Below are positions 53,766 to 53,840 of a stretch of DNA of 53,840 nucleotides, one piece after another. Below the pieces are notes generated by a model, which searched no databases, was not told the origin of the DNA, and worked only from the letters and a program-made list of their open reading frames with translations. The stretch spans positions 1 through 53,840 of the forward strand of contig CBDUWQ010000002.1 in the NCBI GenBank assembly GCA_965370965.1, written 5' to 3'. How positions within the stretch are numbered: position 1 is the stretch's first letter; the number at the start of each line of letters is the position of its first letter. Made by a program: the position numbers and the translations under genes. This DNA comes from an uncultured Bacteroidales bacterium (GTDB lineage Bacteria; Bacteroidota; Bacteroidia; Bacteroidales; SZUA-534).

Positions 53766-53840
53766 AGTGTTATTAGTAAAAAGTGTTTAGTTCTACTTTA
53801 CGAACTTAATTTTGTTTGTTGTTTCAATTTTTGTTTGTTG

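Overview
AT-rich window that reads like a Bacteroidota chromosome segment. Supporting markers are a PUR-like DUF3276 protein, a DUF1573 protein, a long-form NusB, a Cys-free L31, DUF4143/DUF234 ATPases and TAnnTTTG-type -7 boxes. Left edge (1-7.7 kb): a secreted multidomain S8 peptidase of more than 1190 aa, cut by the window edge and absent from the ORF track, followed by nifJ (pyruvate:ferredoxin oxidoreductase). Centre (about 10.8-33 kb): an accessory cell-envelope locus bracketed by three AAA+ ATPase genes. One 19-kb same-strand array on the minus strand encodes these products in order: a cytidylyltransferase::PEP-mutase fusion, phosphonopyruvate decarboxylase, an Fe-ADH (phosphonoacetaldehyde-reductase-like), an inserted GxxExxY gene, a TagF-like phosphotransferase, an embedded toxin-antitoxin pair, three tandem giant paralogs, a GT-C-like membrane protein, a methyltransferase and a GtrB/CsbB-like GT2. 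An MBOAT/AlgJ-like O-acylation pair is transcribed divergently. The three giant paralogs (1014, 1014 and 1098 aa) are the most unusual feature. Each fuses a complete YidC/Oxa1-like insertase core, about 11 further TM helices and a C-terminal LtaS/sulfatase-like domain. Their YidC-like modules are near-identical at the DNA level and all replace the conserved groove arginine with serine. Taken together the locus resembles a Gram-positive teichoic-acid toolkit rewired around a phosphonate; that reading is inference. Right part (34-54 kb): housekeeping genes (L31, nusB, yajC, coaE, purC, phoH, mazG, tRNA-Tyr, tRNA-Thr, an M3 peptidase) plus a free-standing HNH homing-endonuclease-like gene. Several families of intergenic palindromic or repeat elements are present: a 64-bp junction repeat inside the phosphonate operon, TIR-bounded palindromes, a roughly 285-bp nested-hairpin block and a two-block conserved intergenic element. 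No CRISPR array, rRNA, transposase or integrase was seen.
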